Notes: generated by a model from the sequence alone, not told the origin. Shown: positions 45,348 through 53,433, numbered from the stretch's first letter. The stretch is DNA of 64,000 bases from Candidatus Omnitrophota bacterium (GCA_018895275.1 JAHIOQ010000073.1:11472-75471), one strand, 5' to 3'. Numbers and translations: made by a program.

Positions 45348-45716
45348 ATGGCAAACAAGACGGTGATGATAGTTGATGACAACCTTGAGTTACTGGAAGA
45401 ACTCCAAACGACATTGACCTTAAGCGGTTATGACATGGTCGCGGTTAATGATCCGGTTTCGTCCTTGTCGTTAGCGAAAAAGACAAAACCCGATGTGGTG
45501 GTTATAGACCTTAAAATGCCGGGGATGAGCGGTTTTGAGCTTGCCAAGGAAATGCGGCGTTATCTCAAGTTACAACGCATCCCGGTTATCGCGATGTCCG
45601 GATTTTTTGAGGATGAATGCGCGTTGCTTATGCACCTATGCGGTATAAAAAGATATCTGAGAAAACCATTTCAGCCCTTAAATCTTATTTCGGCAATAGA
45701 AGAAAGCCTTAAATAA
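45348..45716 (+). CDS. Single-domain response regulator (REC only)
   Basis: 122 aa. VMIVDDN...VVIDLKMPGMSG...RKPF receiver motifs. Confidence 0.8.
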   Translation: MANKTVMIVDDNLELLEELQTTLTLSGYDMVAVNDPVSSLSLAKKTKPDVVVIDLKMPGMSGFELAKEMRRYLKLQRIPVIAMSGFFEDECALLMHLCGIKRYLRKPFQPLNLISAIEESLK

Positions 45717-45879
45717 AGAGCAATTAGGGCTCTGTGGATCGTTTTAGATGAGATGCATTTGATGAGGGTAAAGTTTGTTTAAGAAATACCTACGAGAAAA
45801 ACAGTTCTGCCTGAATAGTCGAGATCTTTTCCATATCATTTTCTTATCTCTTTTTTTAAAGTTTTAGTGATTGTTTTTC

Positions 45880-45908
45880 TTGCAAAACAATCACATTTCA
45901 GGTATACT
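45880..45908 (+). promoter_or_regulatory. Promoter TTGCAA-17-TATACT overlapping a hairpin
   Basis: TTGCAA 45880-85, TATACT 45903-08. The hairpin GTGATTGTTTT/AAAACAATCAC spans the -35. Confidence 0.5.
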
Positions 45909-45993
45909 TTTTTACCTTTTCACAGTGTTATTAATCGTATATAACTTTTTAGGATACAGGGAGTTAACATGGTTTTAGGAGGTATGCGTTAGG

Positions 45994-46236
45994 ATGCGGC
46001 AAAAACTGCAAAAGATATTTTCCTGCATATTAATTCAGGTGTTTCTGTTGCTGCCCGCACATTGTTTTGCTGCGGATAAGCGTGATATGCTTGCTCCATA
46101 CTTAAACATTACCCGTACTAGCCTAAAAGCGGCATTTACCGACCAGGAGATGGATATCGTCGTATTATTAAAGAATCCATTCTGCTGGGCCGGCTTCTCA
46201 GATATTAAAATATCTCTCATTGCCTGCGGATGTTAG
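45994..46236 (+). CDS. Small hypothetical secreted protein (possibly a gene fragment)
   Basis: 80-aa ORF with a signal-like FSCILIQVFLLLPAHCFA. The downstream out-of-frame text LSLPADVSGQVIREGRPVVVND looks GAF-like, so this may be a decayed gene. Confidence 0.3.
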   Translation: MRQKLQKIFSCILIQVFLLLPAHCFAADKRDMLAPYLNITRTSLKAAFTDQEMDIVVLLKNPFCWAGFSDIKISLIACGC

Positions 46237-46409
46237 CGGACAGGTTATCCGGGAAGGCCGTCCGGTGGTTGTAAATGATTAAGATGATGAAACATGGAAG
46301 CTTCCTTTGCCGCAATTTATTGAAGAATGTTATGAAGACAGAATAAAGGAAGTTCGCAGGAAAAAAGAAGAAAAGAAAGCTTTGCAACCTCCAAAATTAT
46401 TCTAGAAAA

Positions 46410-47300
46410 GTGAAAGATAAGTATAGTTTACTAAAGAGTATAATAAAAATAATAAACGATTTTTCCCTTTGCATTTGTCAAAAAGCAGATTCCATAAAAA
46501 CGGGACAAACAATAATGACCAAAGAAGACTTGGCAAAAATTTGCTTTAATTGTAACTATTTTCATCCAGCAGATAATAAGGACTTTGATTATGGTATATG
46601 TCTGAATGATGTCGAATTTGAACCATATTTAGACGAGTTGATTGAGCGGCAAAATTATGATTGCTGCAAGGAGCTTATAGCCCGAAAAAGATTTCAGGGG
46701 GATACAGAGGCATGTGAGCATATTGAGTATTGTGAAGTCATTGAAATTGATGATACCAGTTCAGTTGGGAAATTGCTGAAGGAAAAGGTGTCAGGTACAG
46801 ATATCAGCAGGGAAAGATTTCAGGATGCCGTTTTATTAGATTATATTGAAAATATTGATTGGAAAACAATGCCTGTTGAAGCATATGTCACGGGTTTATA
46901 CGGAAGCAGCGAGAAAGAACGGAAGAGCGCCATAAATACTTTATCTATGATGATGTATCAAGGGAATAAGAATGCTCAAACACTTCTTCTTGATTATGCC
47001 AACAATCTACCATTATGTAAAACTATAAACGATGTTCATGTTCGACTTGAATTCTTGAGGCTTATTGATAATAGTGAATGTAGAGTACAGTTCATCCCTT
47101 TTATTGAAAAAGAGTTGAATGCCACTCAGATTAACGGAACGACTACACAATGGATTACGGCGTTATTAAAGTATATGAGCAAAGGCCCTTTTGAATTAAT
47201 AAGAGAACCATTGGTTAAAATGCTTAAAGATAAGAGGTTCTCTTATAAAAGAAAAAACCAAATTAAAAATATTTTAAGCAAAGAGGAGCGTATTTACTAA
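46410..47300 (+). CDS. Hypothetical Cys-rich protein with helical-repeat C-terminus
   Basis: 296-aa ORF; a start at ATG 46515 (MTKEDLAKICFNCNYF) is plausible. Cys motifs CFNC...C...CC...C..C. No family recognised. Confidence 0.5.
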   Translation: MKDKYSLLKSIIKIINDFSLCICQKADSIKTGQTIMTKEDLAKICFNCNYFHPADNKDFDYGICLNDVEFEPYLDELIERQNYDCCKELIARKRFQGDTEACEHIEYCEVIEIDDTSSVGKLLKEKVSGTDISRERFQDAVLLDYIENIDWKTMPVEAYVTGLYGSSEKERKSAINTLSMMMYQGNKNAQTLLLDYANNLPLCKTINDVHVRLEFLRLIDNSECRVQFIPFIEKELNATQINGTTTQWITALLKYMSKGPFELIREPLVKMLKDKRFSYKRKNQIKNILSKEERIY

Positions 47301-47322
47301 AAATAAATATCGTATTAAGTCA

Positions 47323-47475
47323 GTGAGATTGAAGGGAGGGGATTATACATCGACAGGATATTATTATGTCACCATTTGCACACAAAATCGCGTCAATTAT
47401 TTTGGAAATATTATCCATAATGAAAAATCATTACATCGGATACGAAAATATGTTCATGACAATCTGTTGCTATGA
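47323..47475 (+). pseudogene. Remnant of a RAYT/IS200-like Y1 transposase (N- and C-terminal pieces fused, catalytic core deleted)
   Basis: VRLKGGDYTSTGYYYVTICTQNRVNYFGNII joined to HNEKSLHRIRKYVHDNLLL*. These match the usual N-terminal (YFVTxCTxxR) and C-terminal (IxxYIxxNPxxW) regions. The HUH core is absent. Confidence 0.6.
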
Positions 47476-47525
47476 AAAAATGATGCCGAAAATGCCCATG
47501 ACATTATAAATATTGTTCGGGATAA

Positions 47526-47549
47526 AGAGGCGCGATAAAGCGCGTCTCT
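47526..47549. repeat. REP-like GC hairpin next to the RAYT remnant
   Basis: AGAGGCGCG (47526-34), loop ATAAAG, CGCGTCTCT (47541-49). Confidence 0.6.
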
Positions 47550-47590
47550 ACAGGAATTATTATGATCAAAAAGGATAATAATAAGGAAAC

Positions 47591-47660
47591 GTCCGGGCGC
47601 AAAGCTTACAGAGTAAATCTTGCGTTGGAACATTTACCCCGCAGCGCCTCGGACATGACA
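47591..47660 (+). repeat. Long-hairpin repeat family, copy 3 (divergent)
   Basis: TCCGGGCGC...AGTAAAT...ATTTACCCCGCAGCGCCTCGGACAT. Aligns to 9644..9731 and 17122..17209. Confidence 0.7.
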
Positions 47661-47690
47661 ACCAAAAGTTTTTTTATAAAAACTTTTGGT
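47661..47690. repeat. Perfect 13-bp palindromic hairpin (ACCAAAAGTTTTT-TTAT-AAAAACTTTTGGT)
   Basis: Exact inverted repeat read directly from the sequence. Could act as a bidirectional terminator. Confidence 0.7.
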
Positions 47691-47920
47691 TGACTGATGG
47701 TGTAAGTACCGCGGGATGATTTTAGAGATTATAAAGAGGGGAACTGATTGCGAATGATATATTTGTGTAAAATGCGTTATAATTCAAAAATTAAAATTAT
47801 AGTTGACATCTACTTGACAGATGCCAACTTTTGTTAAGGAAATATGATAACTTTGGCAAGATAGGGAATGCCGAAATTACCCAACAAGCAATCTGATAAT
47901 GATGTTTGTTAGGTAAATAT

Positions 47921-47962
47921 TTTACACTACATTGTTAATTTTATGCTATAATGTAGTGTAAA
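47921..47962 (+). promoter_or_regulatory. 13-bp perfect inverted repeat spanning a TATAAT -10 (putative operator/promoter)
   Basis: TTTACACTACATT (47921-33) and AATGTAGTGTAAA (47950-62). TATAAT at 47947-52. RBS AAGGAG follows. Confidence 0.55.
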
Positions 47963-47975
47963 AGGAGATTGAGCG

Positions 47976-48281
47976 ATGAATGTATTAAAGGGAATATTAT
48001 CGGAGAGTAAAGAGTATTACCTTGACGCAAAGCAGAAGATTGAGAAGAAGCTATCAAGTCTCCCCCAAGGTAGTGTTAAGGAGCGGCAGATAGCAGGTAA
48101 AAAATATTATTATCTCCAATCAAGAGCAGGCAAGAAAATAGTGCATAAATATTTGGGTAAGGATAAGCCGGAACGTCTTATAAAGCAACTTGGTGTGCGA
48201 AAAGCTTTAAAAGCCGAACTTAAGAAAGTCAATGAAGCTTTACGAATGCTGAATAGAACCGAAGGTAGAAAACGTGGTTAA
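47976..48281 (+). CDS. Small basic protein, putative partner (antitoxin-like) of the downstream nucleotidyltransferase-fold gene
   Basis: 101 aa. Its stop overlaps the GTG 48274 of the next reading frame by 8 nt. Lys/Arg-rich and helical. Confidence 0.5.
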   Translation: MNVLKGILSESKEYYLDAKQKIEKKLSSLPQGSVKERQIAGKKYYYLQSRAGKKIVHKYLGKDKPERLIKQLGVRKALKAELKKVNEALRMLNRTEGRKRG

Positions 48282-48779
48282 GCTTATTGAGAGTATTTTG
48301 AAGGTTTTTGCTGATAATCACCTTTTTGATGAAGGTGTTGAGCTTATAGGCAGTTGGTGTTTTCAGCTTTACCAAAAACATTTGGACGCCAAGAATTTTC
48401 CTTTGAGGACGCTAGATATTGATTTTTTAGTTCCAAATCCATTCCATTAAGATTTGTAGCTTTTTTGTTGGATGATTCGATTACGATTACTGACAATGGA
48501 GTTAAAGTCCGAGTCCCGAATCCTGCCAATTTTTGCCTTCATAAACTTATCATAGCTTCCCGAAGACGAAAGACAGACAAAAGTTTAAAAGATTTGCAAC
48601 AGGCAATTTCTACTTCAACGATCGTAAATCGACAAGACATGAAAAAGCTATTTCATCCATTGCCAAAAGGCTGGAAACAGGCGATTTTAAAAACATTAGC
48701 AAAAGCAAAGCAGGAGTTGCCTTTATTAAGCGAAGAAGTGGACAATCTAAGTCTTACACTACAAGAAGTACAAAAATAA
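48274..48779 (+). pseudogene. Nucleotidyltransferase-fold protein (GSU2403/NTP_transf_8-like), frameshifted with internal deletion
   Basis: N-terminal fragment 48274..48450 (ELIGSWCFQLYQKHL...RTLDIDFLVP) ends in TAA. The C-terminal fragment 48465..48779 is in another frame (VRVPNPANFCLHKLIIASRRRKTDKSLKDLQQA). The family call is from memory. Confidence 0.5.
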
Positions 48780-48793
48780 ACAATGTAGTGTAA
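48754..48793. repeat. Second inverted repeat with the same half-site (TTACACTACA / TGTAGTGTAA)
   Basis: 48754-63 and 48784-93. Same word as the operator-like repeat at 47921..47962. Confidence 0.6.
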
Positions 48794-49248
48794 ACTGGCC
48801 GTTGGTGTAGCCTGCTCGCCGACGCTGTGTGGCGGCGGGTACCGTCTGATGATTTTGCCTGCCCGCCGGTTCTTATGGCGGGGGGATTTTAAGAAGGTTA
48901 AGTGATTTTCTTTAGAACATCTTTTTAAATTATTAACAGTACTTCAGTGGGATGTGGAAATTATCATAAAGCCAAAATCAAGAACTGAAACAAGAGCAAC
49001 AACAAGTCTTTTGGTAACTGTTTAGCTTTCACATAGAAAATAAACTTAAGAAACTCTACCCCCTTTTTAGGAAGACTCCTTTATCAAGTATTCATCAAAC
49101 ACTTCTGTCTTTTTTGCAAAAAGCCAGAACAGTTCGCAATAGTTTACCCTGTACCGAGCTACGCTCTGGTACGGGGCCAAAAGACATTCCGCCTTGCGGC
49201 GAAAAGACTTTTGCCCTTCGGGTTCGCGTTGCTTGATGAATATTTGTA

Positions 49249-49277
49249 TTGTCATTAAAAAGCAAATGTTGTATAAT
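49249..49277 (+). promoter_or_regulatory. Promoter TTGTCA-17-TATAAT
   Basis: TTGTCA 49249-54, TATAAT 49272-77. Lies 49 nt upstream of ATG 49326. Confidence 0.55.
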
Positions 49278-49325
49278 GTGGGAAAATGTTGGCTATCATA
49301 ATACATCAAAAACAAAGGCAATATT

Positions 49326-49499
49326 ATGTTACTTAAAGGGTATTTAACTGTAGCCCAGGTTGCGAAACAACTTGGATTATCTGAATATAGAATCCGCGAA
49401 CTTATTCGTGATAAACAAATTCGTGCTACAAAAATTGGTCAATGGCGAGTTAAGTTGAAAGACCTAGAAGAATTTATTAAGTCTCGCAGGAATTTTTAA
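49326..49499 (+). CDS. Excisionase/MerR-type HTH DNA-binding protein (57 aa; below the ORF-track cutoff)
   Basis: MLLKGYLTVAQVAKQLGLSEYRIRELIRDKQIRATKIGQWRVKLKDLEEFIKSRRNF. This matches the HTH_17 / excisionase-family pattern (T..E.A..LG.S...I..L...G.I.a.kiG..wri...dl..f). Confidence 0.65.
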   Translation: MLLKGYLTVAQVAKQLGLSEYRIRELIRDKQIRATKIGQWRVKLKDLEEFIKSRRNF

Positions 49500-49511
49500 G
49501 GACATTTTAGG

Positions 49512-50306
49512 TTGCCGGAAGAGAGGTGTGATTTGAATAAACGAGAATTAGTCAAGGAATTCATACTTAAACATCGGTATTTTACTCTTGAAGAAGTGGT
49601 GAAGGCATCTGGAGCCAGCACTCAGGTTGCTAAGAATTATCTTCAAGGACTAAAACAGAAAAAGATAATTTTTTCCGCAGGCAGAGGGGTTTATAGTTCT
49701 GTTGCAAAAGAATTTAGACCTACGGAGAAAAGCCGTGTGATTGAGATCAGGCAACTCCTGAAAAAGCAATTTCCTTATCTCGATTTTTTGGTTTGGAATA
49801 CTTTGTGTTTTCAACCCTATTATCATCATCAGCAAACGCACAATATTACTTTTGTTGAAGTGGAGTCAGATGCGATTCGCTCTGTTGTTGACATGATTTC
49901 CCGTGAATACCGGTTTGTGGTAATTGAGAAGGCCAGCCGGGTGGCACCCAAGAATTTTGACATTACACGTGACCCGATTGTTGTCAGGCGATTGATTAAA
50001 GGATCGCCTTACAAGGGACATATGCCTACTCTTGAAAAGATGCTTGTTGATCTTTTTGTAATCAAAAATAAGTATGTAACCATGCAGGACAGCGATTACT
50101 GGGATCTATGGCGAAATATTGATAAGCTCTTCCGTGTTAATATAGGGAGACTAATATCCTATGCTCGAGTTCGAAGGTACTTCCGAGACATGTTTTCGCA
50201 ACTAACTTATAATGTTGAACTTAGTAACATTACCTTTGGCGCATATGTAAAATATGCGGCGAAAGTAACATCAAAAAAGGACGCTCATGATAAAGCAAAT
50301 TCCTGA
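49512..50306 (+). CDS. AbiEi-like (type IV TA antitoxin-like) wHTH protein
   Basis: 264 aa. N-terminal wHTH with the GRGVYSS motif and C-terminal PTLEKMLVDLF, resembling SLERTLVDLVYF of the intact AbiEi at 50636. TTG start; 49533 is also possible. Confidence 0.55.
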   Translation: MPEERCDLNKRELVKEFILKHRYFTLEEVVKASGASTQVAKNYLQGLKQKKIIFSAGRGVYSSVAKEFRPTEKSRVIEIRQLLKKQFPYLDFLVWNTLCFQPYYHHQQTHNITFVEVESDAIRSVVDMISREYRFVVIEKASRVAPKNFDITRDPIVVRRLIKGSPYKGHMPTLEKMLVDLFVIKNKYVTMQDSDYWDLWRNIDKLFRVNIGRLISYARVRRYFRDMFSQLTYNVELSNITFGAYVKYAAKVTSKKDAHDKANS

Positions 50307-50394
50307 TCGCAACAAAATGGAGGCCTTGCGAAAAGAATTAGGATTTAATGATCGCGGAATTTTTGAAAAGACAATTTATGCTTGGATGGAATGA
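50287..50394 (+). pseudogene. Truncated AbiEii-like toxin N-terminus (36 codons)
   Basis: MIKQIPDRNKMEALRKELGFNDRGIFEKTIYAWME* overlaps the AbiEi-like stop by 20 nt, as coupled TA genes do. FEKTIY resembles IEKDYY of AbiEii. The remainder is missing. Confidence 0.4.
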
Positions 50395-50565
50395 GCGTTC
50401 CTAGACGGGAAACAGGCGGTTTTAGGGGCGTTCAGCGTGCGTCCGGGATGGTCAAAAAGGCCGTTATTGAGTGACATGGATTGACATAAATCTGTCACAA
50501 AAAGTATATAGTTTTTCTGACAGCAGAAATGAGTCTTGTAATCGAGCCGTAGGCGTAGAATTTTG

Positions 50566-50593
50566 TTGACATGACAAAATAGTGTGATATTCT
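50566..50593 (+). promoter_or_regulatory. Putative abiE promoter with TGACA/TGTCA operator-like words upstream
   Basis: TTGACA 50566-71, 16-nt spacer, TGaTATTCT extended -10 ending at 50593. Upstream lies GTGACAtggatTGACAtaaatcTGTCAC (50471-50498). Confidence 0.45.
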
Positions 50594-50635
50594 ATACCTA
50601 TAAAAAAATGAACGATAATCCTTTGTGAGGGTATT

Positions 50636-51436
50636 ATGGATACTAAAAAGAGAACGCGATTAGGAGAGAAAGAAATCGAGGTTATTTCTCGTCTTTCTTA
50701 TGAAAAGAAACGCATTGTTACAAAAGAAGACTTGGATGTGTTTTTCAAGTTTGATGATATCGAACGCAATAAAATTGTTTATCAGTTGAAAAAGAAAGGC
50801 ATCTTTTCTACTATTAAGAGAGGCGTGTATGTTTTTTCGCCACTCGAATATGGTGAAGCGGGTGCCGGTATAAATGAAATGCTGATCCCGCCGCAATTCT
50901 TTCCGCAGAGGAATTATTACATCGGATATTCAACGATGTATAACTACTACAATTTGACTGATCAGCTATTCCAAGTGATGTATATTCTCAACACTTCCCT
51001 ACAGCGCAGGCAAAAGAAAATTTGCGGTGTTATATTTAATTTTTTACGAATCAAAGAAGACAGGATGTATGGCCTTGAAAAAATAGATGTGAGCGGGCAA
51101 GAAGTTATGATTAGCTCCTTAGAGCGCACGCTGGTGGATCTGGTCTATTTTAATAAGCCGGTTGGAGGCATTAAAAGCGCTCTTGAAATTCTTAAGCGAG
51201 AACTTAAAAAAGACCGGTGCGATATAAAGAAATTTATTCGCTTCGCGTCGCAATTCCCAAACATTAAAACTCGCAAGCGAATCGGGGTGTTATTAGAGGA
51301 AATGGGCTATCCTGATAGAGATCTGGCTCCGCTTATAAAAAGCATAGAGGATACAGCGATCAGCTCGTTCACAGGTTCGTTTAAAGGCAAATTCAATAAG
51401 AAATGGAGAGTCATCATTAATGATTCACGAGGATAA
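50636..51436 (+). CDS. abiEi: Type IV toxin-antitoxin system antitoxin AbiEi
   Basis: 266 aa. N-terminal wHTH, RGVYVF motif, LERTLVDL motif. Overlaps the downstream AbiEii gene by 17 nt. Confidence 0.75.
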   Translation: MDTKKRTRLGEKEIEVISRLSYEKKRIVTKEDLDVFFKFDDIERNKIVYQLKKKGIFSTIKRGVYVFSPLEYGEAGAGINEMLIPPQFFPQRNYYIGYSTMYNYYNLTDQLFQVMYILNTSLQRRQKKICGVIFNFLRIKEDRMYGLEKIDVSGQEVMISSLERTLVDLVYFNKPVGGIKSALEILKRELKKDRCDIKKFIRFASQFPNIKTRKRIGVLLEEMGYPDRDLAPLIKSIEDTAISSFTGSFKGKFNKKWRVIINDSRG

Positions 51437-52298
51437 AGCCCAATTTACCGATATTATCAATATGACCGCCAACCGGGCTGGTTTTCGTGCATCTCTCATT
51501 GAGAAGGATTACTATTTAACATTCATTTTGTCGAAGCTCAATGAGCTTTCGGATGATCTTATATTTAAAGGCGGGACATGCCTTAATAAAATCTACTATT
51601 CGTATTATCGTCTAAGCGAAGATTTAGATTTCAGTATGCGCCTTCCGGAATATACGACAACTCGAGGGAACCGGCGCAAATCAATACGGCCGGTAAAGGA
51701 TAGAATAGAGGAATTTGCCAAGGGGCTCGGTTTTCGTGTTGAAGACGTAGAAAAAGCAGGGCGAAATGAGTCTAAACAATATGTCTATTACTTTGTGTAT
51801 AAATCTGTCCTTCAGCCTTCCGATCAATTAATTAAGTTTGAAATTGGACTTAGGTTTAATCCGATTTGCGCGGTGGAGAAGAAGACAGTACAACACAAGT
51901 TTCTGCACCCTTTTACTAAAGAACCTTTGTTCGATGGAGGCAAGGTAAACTGTTTGTCGTTAAAAGAGATTGTTAGTGAAAAGCTTCGGGCGGCGGCTTT
52001 GAGGAAAGTTATTGCGCCGCGTGATTTTTACGATCTTGATTTTATTCTCCGGCACGATTTCAATTTAGCGGATAAGGAAGTCGTGGTACTTTTTAAAAAA
52101 AAGATTGAAGAAGACGGTGGGGATTTAGATTTAAAGAAATATCACGTTAACCTTGGTCGCTCAAACACCGAGATTAGTGACATGCGTTCTCGTATAGAAA
52201 AGGAATTATTTGACGTTTTAACGGCTGATGAGAGGGAGAATTTCAATCTTGATAAGGCACTTGAACGGATCAACAAGGCGATGGAAGGTGTTAAGTAG
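51420..52298 (+). CDS. abiEii: Nucleotidyltransferase AbiEii/AbiGii family toxin
   Basis: 292 aa. IEKDYYLTFIL, FKGGTCLNKIY and RLSEDLDF motifs of the AbiEii NTase family. Confidence 0.8.
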   Translation: MIHEDKAQFTDIINMTANRAGFRASLIEKDYYLTFILSKLNELSDDLIFKGGTCLNKIYYSYYRLSEDLDFSMRLPEYTTTRGNRRKSIRPVKDRIEEFAKGLGFRVEDVEKAGRNESKQYVYYFVYKSVLQPSDQLIKFEIGLRFNPICAVEKKTVQHKFLHPFTKEPLFDGGKVNCLSLKEIVSEKLRAAALRKVIAPRDFYDLDFILRHDFNLADKEVVVLFKKKIEEDGGDLDLKKYHVNLGRSNTEISDMRSRIEKELFDVLTADERENFNLDKALERINKAMEGVK

Positions 52299-52387
52299 TA
52301 TCCGAGATCAAGGGCTTGTAATGGGCTCAAAAAGGCGATAGCGGCCGGTACGTGAAGTTGGCGATTGTGGCGATTAGTTGGGGATTT

Positions 52388-52498
52388 GGGACATTTATGG
52401 GACAATTGCGCGATTACTGCGTGATTAGCGAAACGGGACATAAAGGGGACAAACGGGACATGGTTGCGCCAAAGGGGCGCTAATGGGGCGAAAGGGGC
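52388..52498. repeat. Helically phased short-word arrays (GGGACA x5, GGGGC x3)
   Basis: GGGACA at 52388, 52399, 52435, 52446 and 52455. GGGGC at 52474, 52485 and 52494. Spacings within each run are 9-11 nt. Confidence 0.75.
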
Positions 52499-52509
52499 AC
52501 TGATTAACG

Positions 52510-52644
52510 ATGAGTAAAAAATGCAAAAAGTGTAAGGTGCCGCTGGAAGGATTCTTGTACCGGCTGATCGCGAAGACGCTGTTCGGTGTGCGGCCGTCGG
52601 CCAAGGATCCTGAGCTGTGCAATAAGTGCGAAGATAAGAAGTAA
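52510..52644 (+). CDS. 44-aa zinc-ribbon miniprotein (CxxC...CxxC), not in the ORF track
   Basis: MSKKCKKCKVPLEGFLYRLIAKTLFGVRPSAKDPELCNKCEDKK. Weak RBS. Flanked on both sides by phased word arrays. Confidence 0.4.
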   Translation: MSKKCKKCKVPLEGFLYRLIAKTLFGVRPSAKDPELCNKCEDKK

Positions 52645-52646
52645 TT

Positions 52647-52683
52647 GGCTCAAATGGCTCATATATGGCTCACAATGGGCTCA
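52647..52683. repeat. Phased GGCTCA array (x4)
   Basis: GGCTCA at 52647, 52656, 52667 and 52678 (9/11/11-nt spacing). An extra copy sits at 52324. Confidence 0.75.
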
Positions 52684-52714
52684 GTATTTTTAGAGAAGAA
52701 CAGAGAAGAGAAGA

Positions 52715-53425
52715 ATGACGACAGAAAGAAAAGCAACAGGTATTAAGACATGGCCGGAAGATGATAGGCCGAGAGAGAAACTCCTCAAGAAGGGCGCGGG
52801 GGCTTTGAGTAATTCAGAGCTTCTGGCTATTCTTCTTCGCACCGGAACTACCGGTACCAGTGCCATTGACCTTGCCCGCAAGGTTCTCAAGAAATTCGGC
52901 ACATTCCGGAACATGGCGCATACCGATTCGCGCGATTGGAAGGATCTCAAGGGTTTGGGCGGGGCCAAGATCGCCCACATTCAGGCCGCGCTTGAAATCG
53001 GGCGGCGCTATCGCGAGGACGATGTGTCCACCGGGAAGCAGAAGATTGCCTCTGCCAAGGATGTTGTGGATATCGTTATGCCTCAGCTTCGTGATCTTAA
53101 GACAGAGGTTTTTAAGGTTGTCTACCTTGATTCAAATAATCGGATTATAGATATATTAGATGCGGCTTGCGGCACAGTCAACCGTGCCATGCCAATAGTA
53201 AGAGAAATTATTCATTCTGCTTTACAGAAATTCGCGGTTTCAATAATCTGCGCGCATAATCATCCCTCCGGAGATCCTAAGCCAAGCAAAGAGGATAGGG
53301 ACTTCACCAGAGAGTTATACCAAGCAGGGAATGTTATGCAGGTCAAAATCTTGGATCATCTTATTATCGGAGACAATCAGTATCACAGCTTCGCTGATAG
53401 TGGCGAACTTGTAACGTACAAATAA
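52715..53425 (+). CDS. radC: RadC-family JAB/MPN domain protein
   Basis: 236 aa. N-terminal RPREKLLKKGAGALSNSELLAILLRTG and the JAMM-like motif HNHPSGDPKPSKED. Confidence 0.85.
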   Translation: MTTERKATGIKTWPEDDRPREKLLKKGAGALSNSELLAILLRTGTTGTSAIDLARKVLKKFGTFRNMAHTDSRDWKDLKGLGGAKIAHIQAALEIGRRYREDDVSTGKQKIASAKDVVDIVMPQLRDLKTEVFKVVYLDSNNRIIDILDAACGTVNRAMPIVREIIHSALQKFAVSIICAHNHPSGDPKPSKEDRDFTRELYQAGNVMQVKILDHLIIGDNQYHSFADSGELVTYK

Positions 53426-53433
53426 GGGTAAGT

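Noticed and set aside
46222-46400. GAF-like peptide text (LSLPADVSGQVIREGRPVVVND*DDETWKLPLPQFIEECYEDRIKEV...) interrupted by a stop
   Set aside because: It is probably debris of a degraded sensor gene continuing from 45994. The fragments are too short to assign, so they are only noted under the low-confidence ORF 45994..46236.
49067-49321. 84-aa minus-strand ORF
   Set aside because: - It covers a near-consensus plus-strand promoter (TTGTCA-17-TATAAT) and hairpin-rich DNA.
- It has no RBS and an odd composition.
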